A stretch of DNA of 64,000 bases from NCBI RefSeq assembly GCF_006345805.1, contig NC_043020.1:5890001-5954000 (forward strand), read 5' to 3'. The translations under genes and the position numbers were made by a program. The notes below the pieces were generated by a model. The model made no database searches. It was not told where the DNA came from and was given only the letters and a program-made list of their open reading frames with translations. Below are positions 36,336 to 50,745 of this stretch, in pieces; the stretch's first letter is position 1, and each line of letters opens with the position of its first letter. Source of the stretch: Octopus sinensis. Lineage: Eukaryota.

Positions 36336-36370
<35 letters not shown>

Positions 36371-36414
36371 ATAAATCCACACTCACGCACACATATAGTT
36401 ATTCCTACATACAG

Positions 36415-36450
<36 letters not shown>

Positions 36451-37128
36451 AATGGACACAAACGCATAGAGACAGAGAGACGCACACACGCACACACACA
36501 CATACACCCGCATACGATCACGCGCACGCGCACCTCCATACGGAGCGAGTGCGTGTGTGTATGAGAGGCGAGACGTGTGTAGTAGGTTTCGTGTGTGTCA
36601 TTTCGATTCCAGCACGCACTTGCCTGTGTTGCTGCTACTGTTCTGGACATTAACCGAACCGCTCATACATACCCACATTTATACATACACACATATATAC
36701 ACACACATATATATATTTATATATTAATATACCAATACCTCTACATACACCCGATCTACTAGCCTACCCATCTCTGTCAATATATACACACATACATACA
36801 CACACGCAAAGAAGACTATATGGAGAGAGAAGTGCTGTAATTTATATATACGTGTATGTTTACAAACGAAAGAAAAAAGCACTCAATACATGGTGTATAT
36901 AAATATATTATTTCTAAAGAGAGAGACCAAGTCGCAAGTGGCTGGCTATGACGAAGGCGGCGAACGAGGACCGATAGTATCGGGGTGGGACTTCGAAGGA
37001 AATAAGGATCACAAGAATATATTATATATATACAGAAAGGAAAAGAGACAGTCTGGTTAGATATATACGGACAGACATTATACATCAAGGCTTATATTTT
37101 TAATTAATTATTTTTTATTGTGGCAACG

Positions 37129-37326
37129 ATGGCGTATCATTCCCATTTAGACCCAGATGATTCGTTTGATTTCTTGTTCAAGATCGTCCTAATTGGCGAC
37201 GCTGGTGTTGGAAAGACCTGTGTGGTGCAGCGCTTCAAGTCTGGGACATATCTGGAGAAACACGGCAGCACCATCGGAGTTGATTTTACCATGAAGACCC
37301 TTCAGATCGATGGTAAACTAGTCAAG
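37129..37326 (+). CDS. RAB43: Rab43/Rab19-family small GTPase, first coding exon
   Basis: [66 protein letters not shown]. It has the P-loop GDAGVGKT and the Rab43/19-typical CVVQRFK and [13 protein letters not shown]. Donor aag|gtgagg is phase 0, just before the expected LQIWDTAGQE, which I did not find in the window. Confidence 0.85.
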
Positions 37327-38749
37327 GTGAGGACAAAAAAAAATGTTTAAAAGGGTCCCAAATGTTTGGATTCCTAAGTATTTTTTTAATTAATCTTATT
37401 TGTTGTGCTTCGTCTGTGTAATGTCCCTTATGCGTATCTGTTGCTCTTGTGGCAAATAAACCTATCATGATTATTAAGTTAATTACTTATTTCTGTCCCT
37501 TATCGGTTGCCCTTGTGGCAAATTAAGATATCGTAATTAGACGCTAATTACTAATTTTGGTTAACGAATTGCTCATATATTTTGATGATAATTACTGGAC
37601 ATCCTAGTTTAGTTGTTGGCTAGATTAAAATAATATAATCGTCCCCACCCCATCGTACGACCACCTCAATCCATCGCGATCGTTCAGAGAGCTTTTAGGT
37701 AGTCGATGTTTATGCTAGAAATAGCAGCGAAATATCCATCAAATCATAACCACACTCGCACGTACACCTTCACACTCATTTTTAGGAAAGGAAAGGACCT
37801 GTTGGATAACGTATACCTCGGTGGTCCTCGGTATAATCCCACAAATACAGAAAGACCGTAGCTGGATTGTCTTCGATCCTAAATCTGCTCACATTGGGTC
37901 GACCTGGGGTTAAACAACAACAGTAATCAGCTTTACAACTGTCCTTCCATCATCAACACTACCACCACTACAACCAACAACATACTGCTCCACCATTAGA
38001 AACCACCACCACAACAAAGGATTCTCATCTTGCTAGAAATACAAACCAAATCTCCCTCAGATCATAACGACATTTTGGCTGATGTCTCTAAAATGCAAAA
38101 AAAAAGAAAAAGAAAAGGGGGTAGTCACGGCTGGAACGCCTTTGCTCGATCAGGATTAACCTGGGATTAATAACGACAACAACAACGACCTGTTATAATC
38201 CAACTACCGCCACAACTGCCCTAGCATAACACCACTGTAGTCGACACCACCACCACAACTGCTCCACCACCAAATACCAACGATTGTCCTATAACCGCCA
38301 CAACTGCCCCACCAAAAACAACAACAACCACCACACCACTACCACCAACACCACAACTATAACAAATACTACAATGAATTATACAATTGTCGTACAACCA
38401 CCACCATTCAGCCATCTACCCCACTATCACAACCACCCTTTCTAGCCACTGCCGTGGGGGTACCCTACATTACTTTCAATGACCAGAAGCAAGAAACTGT
38501 CTTCTGGTATTTGCGTTTTTGTTGTTTTTTCACCCATTGTCACTTTCTACTACGGATACTTATTACATTGACAAAACGAGTTCCATGGCGAACCTGTTAT
38601 TTCCTTTCTTTCTTTCTTTCGTATTCCTTTCTTATTTTCTTTCTTCGTCCTATCTGCCTGTCCTCCTTTTCAAAATTCGTTTGTACAGACATAGACTTAG
38701 GCATACCAAGCATATCCCTATTTACATTTGGCTCTGTGTATGTTTAAAC

Positions 38750-38987
38750 CTATCTATCTATCTATCTATCTATCTAGCTATCTATCTATCTATCTATCTA
38801 TCTCTATCTGCCCACTGTCTGTCTATCTATCTCTTACTATCTGCCCACTGTCTGTCTATCTATCTATCTATCTGTCTGTCTATCTGCCCACTGTGTCTGT
38901 CTATCTATCTATCTATCTATCTGCCCACTATCTGTCTATCTATCTATCTATCTATCTATCTCTTGCTATCTGCCCACTGTCTGGTTG

Positions 38988-39022
<35 letters not shown>

Positions 39023-39105
39023 GCCCACTATCTGTCTATCTATCTCTTACTATCTGCCCACTGTCTGTCTGTCTGTCTATTTATCTATCTATCTATCTAT
39101 CTGCA
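38750..39105. repeat. (TATC)n microsatellite with interspersed TGCCCAC
   Basis: Visible directly. Confidence 0.85.
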
Positions 39106-40513
39106 TGTATTATATACAGATATGTGTATGTTTGTATGTGCGTTTACATATGCACACATACATGCATGTATATGTGTGTATACACACACACACACATATA
39201 TATACACACACACAACACACACACATCTGTGTATATACAGGTATTTTAGATGCCTTTCTTCAGGGTGGTCATTGTATAATTATATACAAATATAATTAGG
39301 ATTTCTTATAGACACCAGACCATGGATTCAGAAGTTGGGGTCTTCAAATTATAAACCACCTCCACACACACACACACACACACAACATTAAAACAAAATA
39401 ATAAAAATAAATTTCCAAAATATATATAAATCAACCATAAATATTGTGTTTTGTTAAAATAAATAACAAAACCAACAACAACCAGAATAATTATTATTAA
39501 TTATAGTAATTAGTGACTTGCTGGTGGTATTTGTTTAACCTGAAGCTTTCAGTCAGTGTGTTTGTATGTACATGTACTGGTAGAGATAATAATAATAATA
39601 ATAATAGTCATGTCATCCTCATAGCAATTAGCTATCGATTAAAGATTAGTTAATTAAAGGATTAAGGGGGATTATTATATTTATTGTTTATCTGGCACTG
39701 TGCCTATGTTGGGAAACATTAGGATTGTTGTTACTACTACTACTACTACTACTACCATTGATGATGATGATGATGATGATTATTATTATTATTATTATTA
39801 TCATTAAATTTGCCTTTCATCCTTTTGGTGGCGGGGAGGGGACGTTAAGATAAAAGTACCAGTTGAGTACCGGAGATCGATGTAATAGCTTTTCCCCTAC
39901 CCCCTTATTTCAACCCCTGTACCTATAGTAGAAAGGATAATAATAATAATAATAATAATAATGATGATAATAATAAATTATTATTTACCAATCTAGGACT
40001 TGAGGGGTCGATGAAATCTCCTGACCTACCCCTCCCCTGAAAATTATTGGCCCTATGTCTTTATTAGAATCAATTGTTGTTCTTATTACTATTATTATTA
40101 TTATTATTATTATCATTATTATTATTATCATTAAACTCCCACACTGTATGCATGTCTTTGTATTGTAACCCTTAATCTTTGCCCTTGTGGCAGATAAATG
40201 AAATTATTATTATTATTGTTGTTGTGTTCTGAGTTCAAATTCTGCCAAGGTTTGCCCTTCGCCCCTTTGGGGGGGGGGTCGATAAAATGAGTACTAGTGA
40301 AGCACTGGGGGTTGGTGTAATCGACTAACCCCCTCCTCCCACCCAATTCCTGGCCTTGTGCTTATTGTAGAAAGCATTATTATTACCGAATTGAAATTCC
40401 GCCCGAGGTCAGCTTTGCCTTTTCATCCTTTCAGCTTCGATAAATTGAGTACCAGTGAAACACTGGGTCCCCTTACCCCCAAAATTTCAGGCCTTGAGTC
40501 TTTAGTAGAAAGG

Positions 40514-40552
<39 letters not shown>

Positions 40553-40659
40553 GATATTCTTGTCTAAGAGAGAGATAAACAGAGACGGAATATAATCTAA
40601 CTAGAGCTGTTAAAATATTCAAATGTAATAAAGTAAGGACAGATCATATGTAAATACAA

Positions 40660-41858
40660 TGTGTACATATATACATATCTATATATACATACATATATGT
40701 ATGTATATATATATATATATATATACATACATATATGTATGTATATATATATAATATATACATACATATATGTATGTATATAATATATATATTATACATA
40801 TATATATACATAATATATAGTATGTATATATATATATATATATATATAAACTATATATATACATACATATATGTAGTATATAGTATATATATATATACTA
40901 TATAACATATATATATACATAATATATGTATGTATATATATATATATAATTATATATACATATCTATATACATACATATATGTATGTATATATATATATA
41001 TATATATATATCAATATATATACATATATATGTATATATATATATATTATATATACACATTATATATACATACATATATGTATGTATATATATATATTAT
41101 ATATACATATTAATACATACATATATGTATGTTATATATATATATATTATATCATATATAATAATACCATACATATATTATGTATATATTAATATATATA
41201 TACTCGTGGCCGATGATCCGACTCGTGGCCGATGCCAGCACCGCCTCGACTGGCTTCCCGTGCCGGTGGCACATAAAATAACACCAATCTGACCGTGGCC
41301 GTTGCCAGCCCCGCCTGGCACCTGTGCAGGTGGCACGTAAAAAGCACCACTACACTCACGGAGGTTGGCGTTAGGAAGGCATCCAGCTGTAGAAACATTG
41401 CCAAATAGACTGGAGCTGGTGCAGCCTCTGGCTTCCCAGAACCCCGGTCGAACCGTCCAACCCATGCTAGCAGTGAGAACGGACGTTAAACGACGATGAT
41501 GATGATGATGATATATACATATATATATATACATATATATACATATATATATACATACATATATATATACATCATATATATATATACATACATTATATAT
41601 ACATACATATATATACACACACATATATATACACACACATATATATACACACACATATATATATATACATACATACACACACACACACATATATATATAT
41701 ATACATACATATACACACACACATATATATATATATACATACATATACACACACACATATATATATATATATATACATACATACATATACACACACACAT
41801 ATATATATATATACATACATACATATACACACACACATATATATATATACATACATAT

Positions 41859-41893
<35 letters not shown>

Positions 41894-42620
41894 CATACAT
41901 ATATATATATATATATATTATATCAGTATTTGTGTATATGGTGTGTATGTATGTATTGCATGTGTCTCTGTCAAGACAGACATATGAGTCATACGTCAAA
42001 TTAGGCGTGTGAATGTGTGTGCATATTTACACATACATACATGCATACACTACACACATATTCACACACACACATATAATGTTGTTTAGTCCTAAGTCAC
42101 CTCTGGTTAAGCTGACCTATCAGCAAAGAAATTCCATATATGACCATCCTGCCCTTGCATTTTTTTCTTCTGTTCCATGCATGGTTTTTCTCCACCAAGA
42201 CTCGATATCAACGTGTCCTGTTTAAAACTGTAGGGTGTGATTTGAAGAAGATTTAACTGCTATTTCTAGCAGGTTGAGTAACCACATGTTACTTCCTCTA
42301 TGAACTTGCATATATACATACATACATACATGCATATATGTGTGTGTATGTATGTATATATATATATGTATGTACAAGAATCGTATATTTGTTATGTATA
42401 TACATATATATATATGTAGATCTCTCAAATGTTTATCAACCATAATACATACACACATATATATATATATACATATATACATACATATACACACATATAT
42501 ATACATATACATACACATATATATACATACATATACACATATATATACACACACACAAACACATATATACACACAAACACACACACATATATACAACACA
42601 AACCACATATATACACACAA

Positions 42621-42654
<34 letters not shown>

Positions 42655-42657
42655 GAG

Positions 42658-42699
<42 letters not shown>

Positions 42700-43520
42700 G
42701 TAAGTATGTCTATATATGTATATCTATGTAAATATATATACATATTTATATAAATATATACACACATATATATGCAGATACACACACATATACATACATA
42801 CATAATACACACATACATCAATACATACATGCATACATATCGTATGTCTTATAACTTGGGTAGCTGAGTGGGTATAAGTTGTCTGGTAAACAGTGATTGT
42901 ATGTTTGCATAAATGTGTTAATATATGTAGGTAGGTTACTTCACAGATGTGACTGTGTAATTTGTATGTGCGTATCCATCTCCAAACACATATACACAGA
43001 CACTGCGTTCTCTTATGCGATTACACGCGGATAATTATTACAATGTGTATATATACATACCTACAAACCTACCTATATATATATATATACATATATATTC
43101 ATATATGAATACATTACATATATGACTATATGTGGTGTGTGTGTGTGTATATAATATATATATATACATACTCATATATATATAGTCATTATATATTATA
43201 TATCTATAAATTAATATAAAGTCATGTATATATATATAATCATGTATATATATAGATACAGTCATGTCATATATATATATATATAGTCATGTATATATAG
43301 AAAAAAAAAAATATATATATATATATATATAGATATGTCATGTATAGATATTATATAGTCATGTATATATAATATAATTATATATAGTCATGTATATATA
43401 TATACACAGTCATGTATATATATATATATAGTCATGTATATATATTATATATATATATACATATTACATACATATATGTATGTATGCATATATATATATA
43501 TATATAAATATATAAATGTA
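40660..43520. repeat. Large TA/CA microsatellite field (several tracts, one family 3 SINE at about 41205-41510)
   Basis: Source of the many Y/I/C/V/T/H low-complexity ORFs in the track. Confidence 0.8.
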
Positions 43521-44303
43521 TATATATATGTAAGAGTATGCTAGATGTCATCAGACACCTGGTACTCTATCTCTACTTCACTGTTTACTCTAAGCTGCCT
43601 GCTATAAACACCCACCTCTACACTCAATGCTCTATACACACCTGCCAACAAGGCAGCCTCTATATGGTCGTTTGACTTGCTAGACAAGCAGCCAAATCGC
43701 CTTTCAAACCACACGATACAGTTTTAAAAAAGTGAAGGCTACACAGGATACAGCATGTCCGTGAAGATAGATGGTATGGGCATAGTTGGAAGGCCTTTGG
43801 CTATTTAGTCTGCTCAGTTGAGGTGGCCAACTTTGGACCAAATAACAGCAACCTCTATCTACACTTTATACTAGCATTTCCGAACCATCTTATTCATAGG
43901 GAATCCTTGGAATATATTCCATGTCTCAGAGATTCTCCTAACCGAAAAAATGTTATATATCTTCAGGCGTGGCTGTCTGGTAAGAAGTTAGCTTCCCAGT
44001 CACATGGTTCTAGGTTCAGTCCTGCTATGTGCACTTTGGGTGAGTGTCTTCTACTGTAGCCTCGGACCAACCAAAGCTCTGTGAGCGGATTTGATAGATG
44101 GAAACTGAAAGAAGCCCATTGTAATGTGTGTGTGCTTGTGTCTGTGTTTGTCCTCCATCACTGCTTGACAACTGGTGTTGGTACATTTGTGTCCCTGTTA
44201 CTTAGTGGTTTGGCAAAAGAGACCAATAGAATAAGTACTAGGCTGTACAAATAGTAAATACTCACACATAATATGTGTTCATGTGTATATATATGTGTGT
44301 GTG

Positions 44304-44337
<34 letters not shown>

Positions 44338-45232
44338 GATGTTTGTGTGTTTATACAAAAAATATACAAAAAAGCAGAGACTGGTGAAAGAACAACAAAC
44401 TGTGTATTTGTTTGATGTTCAGGAAAAATGGAAGAAGTCTTAAATATCTCAAGCCTATGGTTTTCTACAGACAGGAATGAGGAGAGAAAACAGATGGAGA
44501 GAGAGAAAAAAACATGTCTGAATTAACGGTGCTACATATCATCATCATCATCATCATTTAATGTCCATTTTCCCAACTGGTATGGGTTAGATGGTGAGAC
44601 TAGAATTGGTAAGCCAGAGAGCTGCATCAGGCCCCAGTCATCTGTTTTGGCTTGGCTTTTATGGCCCTTCCTAACACCAACCACTTTACAGAGTGTACTG
44701 GGTGCCTTTTATGTGGTATAGGTGCTTTCAGCCTGGCACTAGCACAAGTGCTTTCTTGTGGCAAATTTCTTGAGAGATTGTCCCTCTTGGTGCCATTCCA
44801 TTCGATGGCACAGGCTTCCTGATTTAAGGTGATATGAATTAATCCTTTTCCAGACACCAGATCAATAATGAAAATTTTATTTTTCTAAAATTCTTCATTA
44901 TTTCAAAAAATTTAATTGAATTAAGGGCAAAGTATTTCAACAGAGATATGGTAATGAAAGATAGGCGCAGGAGTGGCTGTGTGGTAAGTAGCTTGCTTAC
45001 CAACCACATGGTTCCAGGTTCAGTCCCACTGCGTGACACTTTGGGTAAATGTCTTCTACTATAGCCTTGGGCCGACCAAAGCCTTGTGAGTGGATTTGGT
45101 AGATGGAAACTGAAAGAAGCCCATATATAATATATATATATATGATTATATATATATATATATATATAGGTTAATCCAAACAAGAAAAGACAGAAAAAAG
45201 AGAAAAAACACAGCAACGCAGGACGTGGAACA

Positions 45233-45773
45233 TCATCATCATCATCATTTAGCGTCCGCTTTCCATGCTAGCATGGGTTGGACAGTTCTACTGGGGTCTG
45301 TGAAGCCAGAAGGCTTCATCAGGCCCAGTCAAATCTGGCAGTGTTTCTACGGCTGGATGCCCTTCTAACGCCAACCACTCCGTGAGTGTAGTGGGTGCTT
45401 TTTACGTGCCACCCGCACTGGTGCCAGACAGAGCTGGCAAACGGCCACGAACGGATGGTGGCTTTTTATGTGCCACCGGCACGAGGGCCAGGCGAGGCTG
45501 GCAACGGACACGAAACGGGGGGGTGCTGGCAACGGTCGCGAAACGGAAAGTTCTCTTACATGACCACGCACTGGTAACACATCCGCAATTTCCATTGATC
45601 GAATTCGATTCTGATCGATCCTCACTTGCCTCAACACGTCTTCACAAGTAGAGTTTGTTGTCCCAGAAGGGAAGGTATGCATACGTAGGCTGGCTCCATC
45701 CCATGTAGAAGGCCACGGGGGTTGTGGACTCACTTGTCCTGCCGGGTCTTCTCGCGCCACAGCACAGCACACA
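45233..45773 (-). mobile_element. 5'-extended family 3 element with 5-bp TSD
   Basis: TSD GAACA at 45228-45232 and 45774-45778; carries about 250 bp of extra 5' sequence not seen in most copies. Confidence 0.7.
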
Positions 45774-45817
45774 GAACAATTAAAGATTATTGACGCCTCA
45801 GGAAAGAGGGAAGGAGG

Positions 45818-45852
45818 GTTTAACGTTTCGAGCGGAGCTCTTCGTCAGAAAC
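45818..45852 (-). ncRNA. Minimal type-I hammerhead ribozyme (Penelope-like-element type)
   Basis: Minus strand reads GUUU-CUGACGA-A-GAGC(UCC)GCUC-GAAA-CGU-U-AAAC: complete catalytic core, 4-bp stem II, 4-bp stem I (GUUU/AAAC) and palindromic ACGU stem III. Confidence 0.7.
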
Positions 45853-45965
45853 AGGAGAAGGAAAGATCCCAAGGAGGGAAGACAGAGGAGACAATATTTG
45901 AGCTGGTGGTGCTTAAGAGATCACATGTTGAAAAGACAGAATTTGGAGGTAGTTGAAAAATGGTT

Positions 45966-46033
<68 letters not shown>

Positions 46034-46582
46034 ATATGGTGTGTGTGTGTGTGTTTGTGTGTCTGTGTTGTCCCCCCAACATTGATCGCTTGACAACCGA
46101 TGCTGGTGTGTTTACATCCCCGTAACTTAGCAGTTCGGCAAAAGAGACCGATAGAATAAGTACTAGGCTTACAAAGAATAAGTCCTGGGGTCGATTTGCT
46201 CGACTAAAGGCGATGCTCCAGCATGGCCACAATCCAAATGACTGAAACTATAGTAAAAGAGTTAAACAATCTGAAAACTGTCTTTAAAAGGTTTTACTGT
46301 ACTTAAATCCATCAGACTCCCCAATGAAGATTTAATAAAATGTTGTCTTGAGCAAGACTCAAGACTAAATTCCCTTACAATTTCCTATTAATTAGTCATT
46401 TCCCTACAAAAGGTTCAGCCCTTTTGTTACCATATTTCTGTTGCAATACACTGCCTTTGTTTCAGTTGATTTTTTAAAAATAATGAAGAATTTAGTAAAA
46501 TATCTGTCATTATTAAGCTGATGTTTGAAACACAAATTAACATAAAACTTTGATGGAGTGTTGTAATATAGTTCACTTTAAA

Positions 46583-47464
46583 CCCTTTTTGTTACCGTAT
46601 TTCTGTTGCGGTGCTCTATGTTTCTTTCAATTACTTTAAATATTACAAAGAATTTAGTAAAATAATTTAGTTATCATTAAGCTAGTGTTAGGAGCATAAA
46701 TTGTGACTAAAGTTTGGTGGAAGATTTTAATTCAAAACTTATGAAAACTAGACATTTGTACTACAGAGCCAGAGGTGGTTTCAGCCAGGTTGGTATCAAA
46801 AAGGTTAAGATTTTATTGCTGTTGAGGTCATCTTCATCTTTCATATCTTCAACATCAATACTAATGGGACCTGTGGAAATTCCACAGAGCGAAAAAGATC
46901 AACCCTTTCGTTACCATATTTCTGTTGAGATGCTCTGTGTTTCTTTCGATTAATTTTAGATATAACAAAGGATTTAGTAAAATAACTTAGTTATCATTAA
47001 GCTAGTGTTAGGAACATAAATTGTGACTTAGGTTTGGTGAAAGATTTTAATTCAGAAATTATGAAAACTAGACATTTGTACTACAGAGCCAGAGGTGGTT
47101 TCAGCCAGGTTGGTATGAAAAGAGTTAAGAGAAGCTATTTAAGAAAGGAAGAATGATTTTATTACTGTTGAGGTCATCTTCACCTTTCATATCTTCAACA
47201 CCAATACTAATGGGACCTGTGGAAATTCCACAGGGTGAAAAAGATTAACCCTTTGGTTACCATATTTCTATTGAGATGTTTTCTTTCAATTAATTTTAAA
47301 TTTTACAAAGAATTTAGTAAAATAACTTAGTTATCATTCAGCTAGTGTTAGGAACATAAATTGTGACTAAGGTTTGGTGGAAAATTTTAATTCAGGACTT
47401 ATGAAAACAAGACATTTGTACTACAGAGCCAGAGGCAGTTTCAGCCAGGTTGGTAATTAAAGGG
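46583..47464 (-). mobile_element. Three tandem piggyBac-type MITEs with the same spacer, reverse orientation
   Basis: Copies at 46583-46804, 46903-47124 and 47249-47464, separated by the reverse complement of the spacer seen at 373-488 and 720-843. Confidence 0.8.
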
Positions 47465-48029
47465 TTAAAACAGGAAGCTTATATCATTGGAGCAGGAGTG
47501 GTTTGAGGTGGGTTGGTATGAAATTGGTTAAACTCAGTACAACATTGTTATTTTTAAATGTGTTGTGAGCTGACAGTGGGGGTCCTGTAAGAAAGAGTGC
47601 ACTGTTTGATTAGAAAGGTTTTGATTTACCTGTGAAATGAAATATTTAAACCAGGTACAATACACAGATAGGTGCAGCCTTAGCTGTGTGGTAAGAAGTT
47701 TGCTTCCCAACCACACGGTTTTGGGTTCAGTCTCAGACAGACAGGTAGGTAGATAGATAGATAGACAGACAGACAGGTAGATAGATAGACAGACAGGTAG
47801 ACAGACAGATAGGTAGCCAGACAGGTAGATAGATGGTTGTCTGTGTTTCTCCCCACATCCCAATGCTTGACAACCAATGTTGGTTTGTTGGTGTCTCTGT
47901 AACTTAGTGGTTTGCCAAAAAGGAGACTGCTAGAATAAGTACGAGGTTTAACAAGAGAACAAGATAGTGCTCCAGTATGACCACAGTCTAAAGACTGAAA
48001 GAAGTAAAAAAATAATAAGCAGAATACAT

Positions 48030-48243
48030 GTTTAGCCCTTTCACATTCAGATTATTTTGTTAAATGTAATCCTTGTTAATCCACATTGTTTCGAATTAAT
48101 CCTGCATTATCTCATAGCTTTGAGATTTCAATGATGTGATTGTTTACTTTTAGAATGACATTGTAGGGTAGGTGTGAGAGGCATGATATGGCCAATTCAA
48201 ACATAAAACAAGTGGAATATTTTGGCTGGATACTGCCAGTTAA
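48030..48243 (+). mobile_element. Second TTAA/piggyBac-like MITE family (CCCTTT.ACATTCAGATTA...)
   Basis: Same sequence at about 32238-32420, 34420-34625 (reverse) and 62095-62260 (ends GCTAAAGGGTT); the right end here is interrupted by the 48245 MITE. Confidence 0.55.
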
Positions 48244-48244
48244 A

Positions 48245-48727
48245 CCCTTTCCATACCAACCTGGCTGAAACCACCTCTAGCTCTGTGGTACAAATGTCTT
48301 GTTTTCATAAGTTTTGAATTAGAATCTTCCACTAAACCTTAGTCACAATTTATGTTCCTAACACTAGTTTAATGATAACTAAGTTATTTTACTAAACATT
48401 TTGTTATATTTAAAATTAATTGAAAGAGACCTAGAGCATCTCAACAGAAATATGGTAACAAAAGGGTTAATCTTTTTCGCTCTGCAGAATTTCCACAGGT
48501 CCCATTAGTATTGATGTTGAAGATACGAAAGGTAAAGATGACCTCAACAGCATTAAAATCATTCTTGTTTTCATAAGTTCTGAATTAAAATCTTCTACCA
48601 AACCTTGTTCACAATTTATGTCCATAACACTAGCTGAATGATAGTTATTTTACTAAATTCTTTGTTATATTTAAAATTAATTGAAAGAAACACAGAGCAT
48701 CTCAACAGAAATATGGTAACAAAAGGG
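48245..48727 (+). mobile_element. piggyBac-type MITE + spacer + truncated MITE
   Basis: Full copy 48245-48466, spacer 48471 to about 48566, internally starting copy ending AAAGGG|TTAA at 48727. Confidence 0.78.
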
Positions 48728-49319
48728 TTAAATGCCGAAGGGTTGAATATGTTTTCAAAGAATGATCTTTGCTGGGATTAAGAATATGAGTGAAGACATT
48801 AGGCTACTAGTGAGGAGAGAACGCAACTAGTAATAAGACAAGTTCCAGTATTGCCATCATCATCATCGTTGTCATCCCCATCACCCTCATCATCATCATT
48901 ACCATCATCATCATCGTCATCATTTACTATTTATCCCATGGTTGCCTTTACCATCCTTTGTCCCATGAGTCAGAGAGAATTTGTTGAGACAGATTTTTCC
49001 ACTGCTGGATGCCCTTCCTGTCCCAACTCTCACCTGTTTCCAAGCAAAGGAACATTCCACCCACCCCCCACTTCATGGCCAGACATGTTTTCATGGAAGA
49101 TTGGAAATGAACAACACACCACTTGTTGTATGGTGATGCTTATTTACAAGTACCATGTGTGTATGTGAGACAGACACACACACTGACACCTGCATACATA
49201 CATATACACAATGCATGCATACACACATACATGCCTATATTCATACACACACACAATGATGGGCTTTTATCAGTTTCAGTCAAACCCACCCAGAAAGATT
49301 TGGTTATTCAAAGGGCGAA

Positions 49320-49500
49320 AGTCAAAGACCAGGACATAATTATCATCACCATCATTATCATCATAGTCGCTTTTGTCATCACCACCATAATAGTTGTCGT
49401 CATCATCATCATAGTCATCATCACCACCATCATAGTCGTCGTCATCATCACCACCATCATAGTCGTCGTCATCATCATCATAGTCATCATCACCACGTGT
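49320..49500. repeat. (CAT/CAC/GTC) trinucleotide-derived repeat
   Basis: ATCATCATAGTCGTCGTCATCATCACCACC-type units; similar low-complexity tracts at 1-200 and 50885-51240. Confidence 0.7.
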
Positions 49501-50302
49501 CTGTGTTCCATGCTGGCTAGTGTTAGACAATTCAACAGGATCAGGCAGGCCAAGGGACTGCCCCAAGCCTCAGTGTTTGCTGTGGCTTGGTTTCTACAGC
49601 TGGATGCCCTTCCTAAATACCAGCCACTTTACAAAGTGTACCGAGTGCTTTTTATGTAGCACCAACATTAGTGAGGTCACCAAAGTGACTTGCAAGACAA
49701 GACCCCACAACCAAGAGAGTGTGGCATTGAGGGAGGTGGCTTAATGCCAAGTGATGAGAGGTTAAAGTACGATAGAGGAACAGGTACGAGTGGCTTACTG
49801 TAAAGAGAGAGGAGTGGAGACAGAGGGCAGAGAGAGACGAACAGACAGACAGGGAGATAGACCCAATGGTGGTAAAGATATCAGAGGATACTTTCAAGTT
49901 ACAGGAACGTGGATAAAAACAAGTGATTCAGGGGATTGGAGAAGGTGAGGGGATGATAAATTACTGCACAAAATTAGCTTCTGTTTGAGAGAAACAATTG
50001 CTGTAGGCATTTGTAAAATGCCATTTGGTGAACGAGGGTATTGAGTAATGTAAAGGTTGACAACGACACACTGCGCATGCTAGAAATAACAGCCAAATCT
50101 CCCTCAAGTCCCACCCTGCAGTTTTAAGTAAGAAGGATGCATTAGATTATAAGGTCTTTGATATATGAGTAGATGAAGGGATGGTCATGGCTGGTTGGAA
50201 TGGCTTTGATTGTAAGTCTGCCTGATGAGAGCTTAACTGAGGCTAAACAATAACAACATCAACAACAACCTTTCAAGTTCACCTGACATTGACCTATTCT
50301 CT

Positions 50303-50745
50303 TCTCACCAACCTCCACTCAATACACTCACTCTTTGATCTCCACTCATCACAGTTACTCTCCAACCTCCACTCATCACACTCACTCTCCAACCTCCACT
50401 CATCACGCTCGCTCTCCAACCTCCACTCACCACACTCACTCTCCGACCCCCACTCACCACACTCACTCTCCGACCCCCACTCACCACACTCACTCTGACC
50501 CCCACTCACCACACTCACTCTGACCCCCACTCACCACACTCACTCTGACCCCCACTCACCACACTCACTCTGACCCCCACTCACCACTCACTCTCCAACC
50601 TCCACTCATCACACTCGCTCTCCAACCTCCACTCACCACATTCACTCTCCGACCTCCACTCATCACAGTCACTCTCCATCTCAACTCCACATACTCTCCA
50701 TCTCCACTCAACACACCCTTCAGCCTCCACTCAGCACGCTCCCAC
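50303..50745. repeat. ~26-bp C/A-rich minisatellite (CCCCACTCACCACACTCACTCTCCGA)n
   Basis: About 15 units, visible directly. Confidence 0.85.

Larger units (their letters stand above)
45169..45965 (-). mobile_element. Non-autonomous Penelope-like (PLE) derivative carrying the hammerhead, split by a SINE-like insertion
   Basis: 45169-45232 plus 45779-45870 align with the uninterrupted copy at about 58876-59030 (GTTAATCCAAACAAG...GGACGTGGAACA...AACGTTTCGAG.GGAGCTCTTCGTC); PLE assignment is inferred from the CTGACGAAG...CGAAACG terminal motif. Confidence 0.55.

Noticed and set aside
45310-45330. CUGAUGA-A-GCC-UUCU-GGC inside family 3 SINEs (also near 61040)
   Set aside because: The hairpin is followed by UUCA rather than GAAA, so there is no hammerhead core
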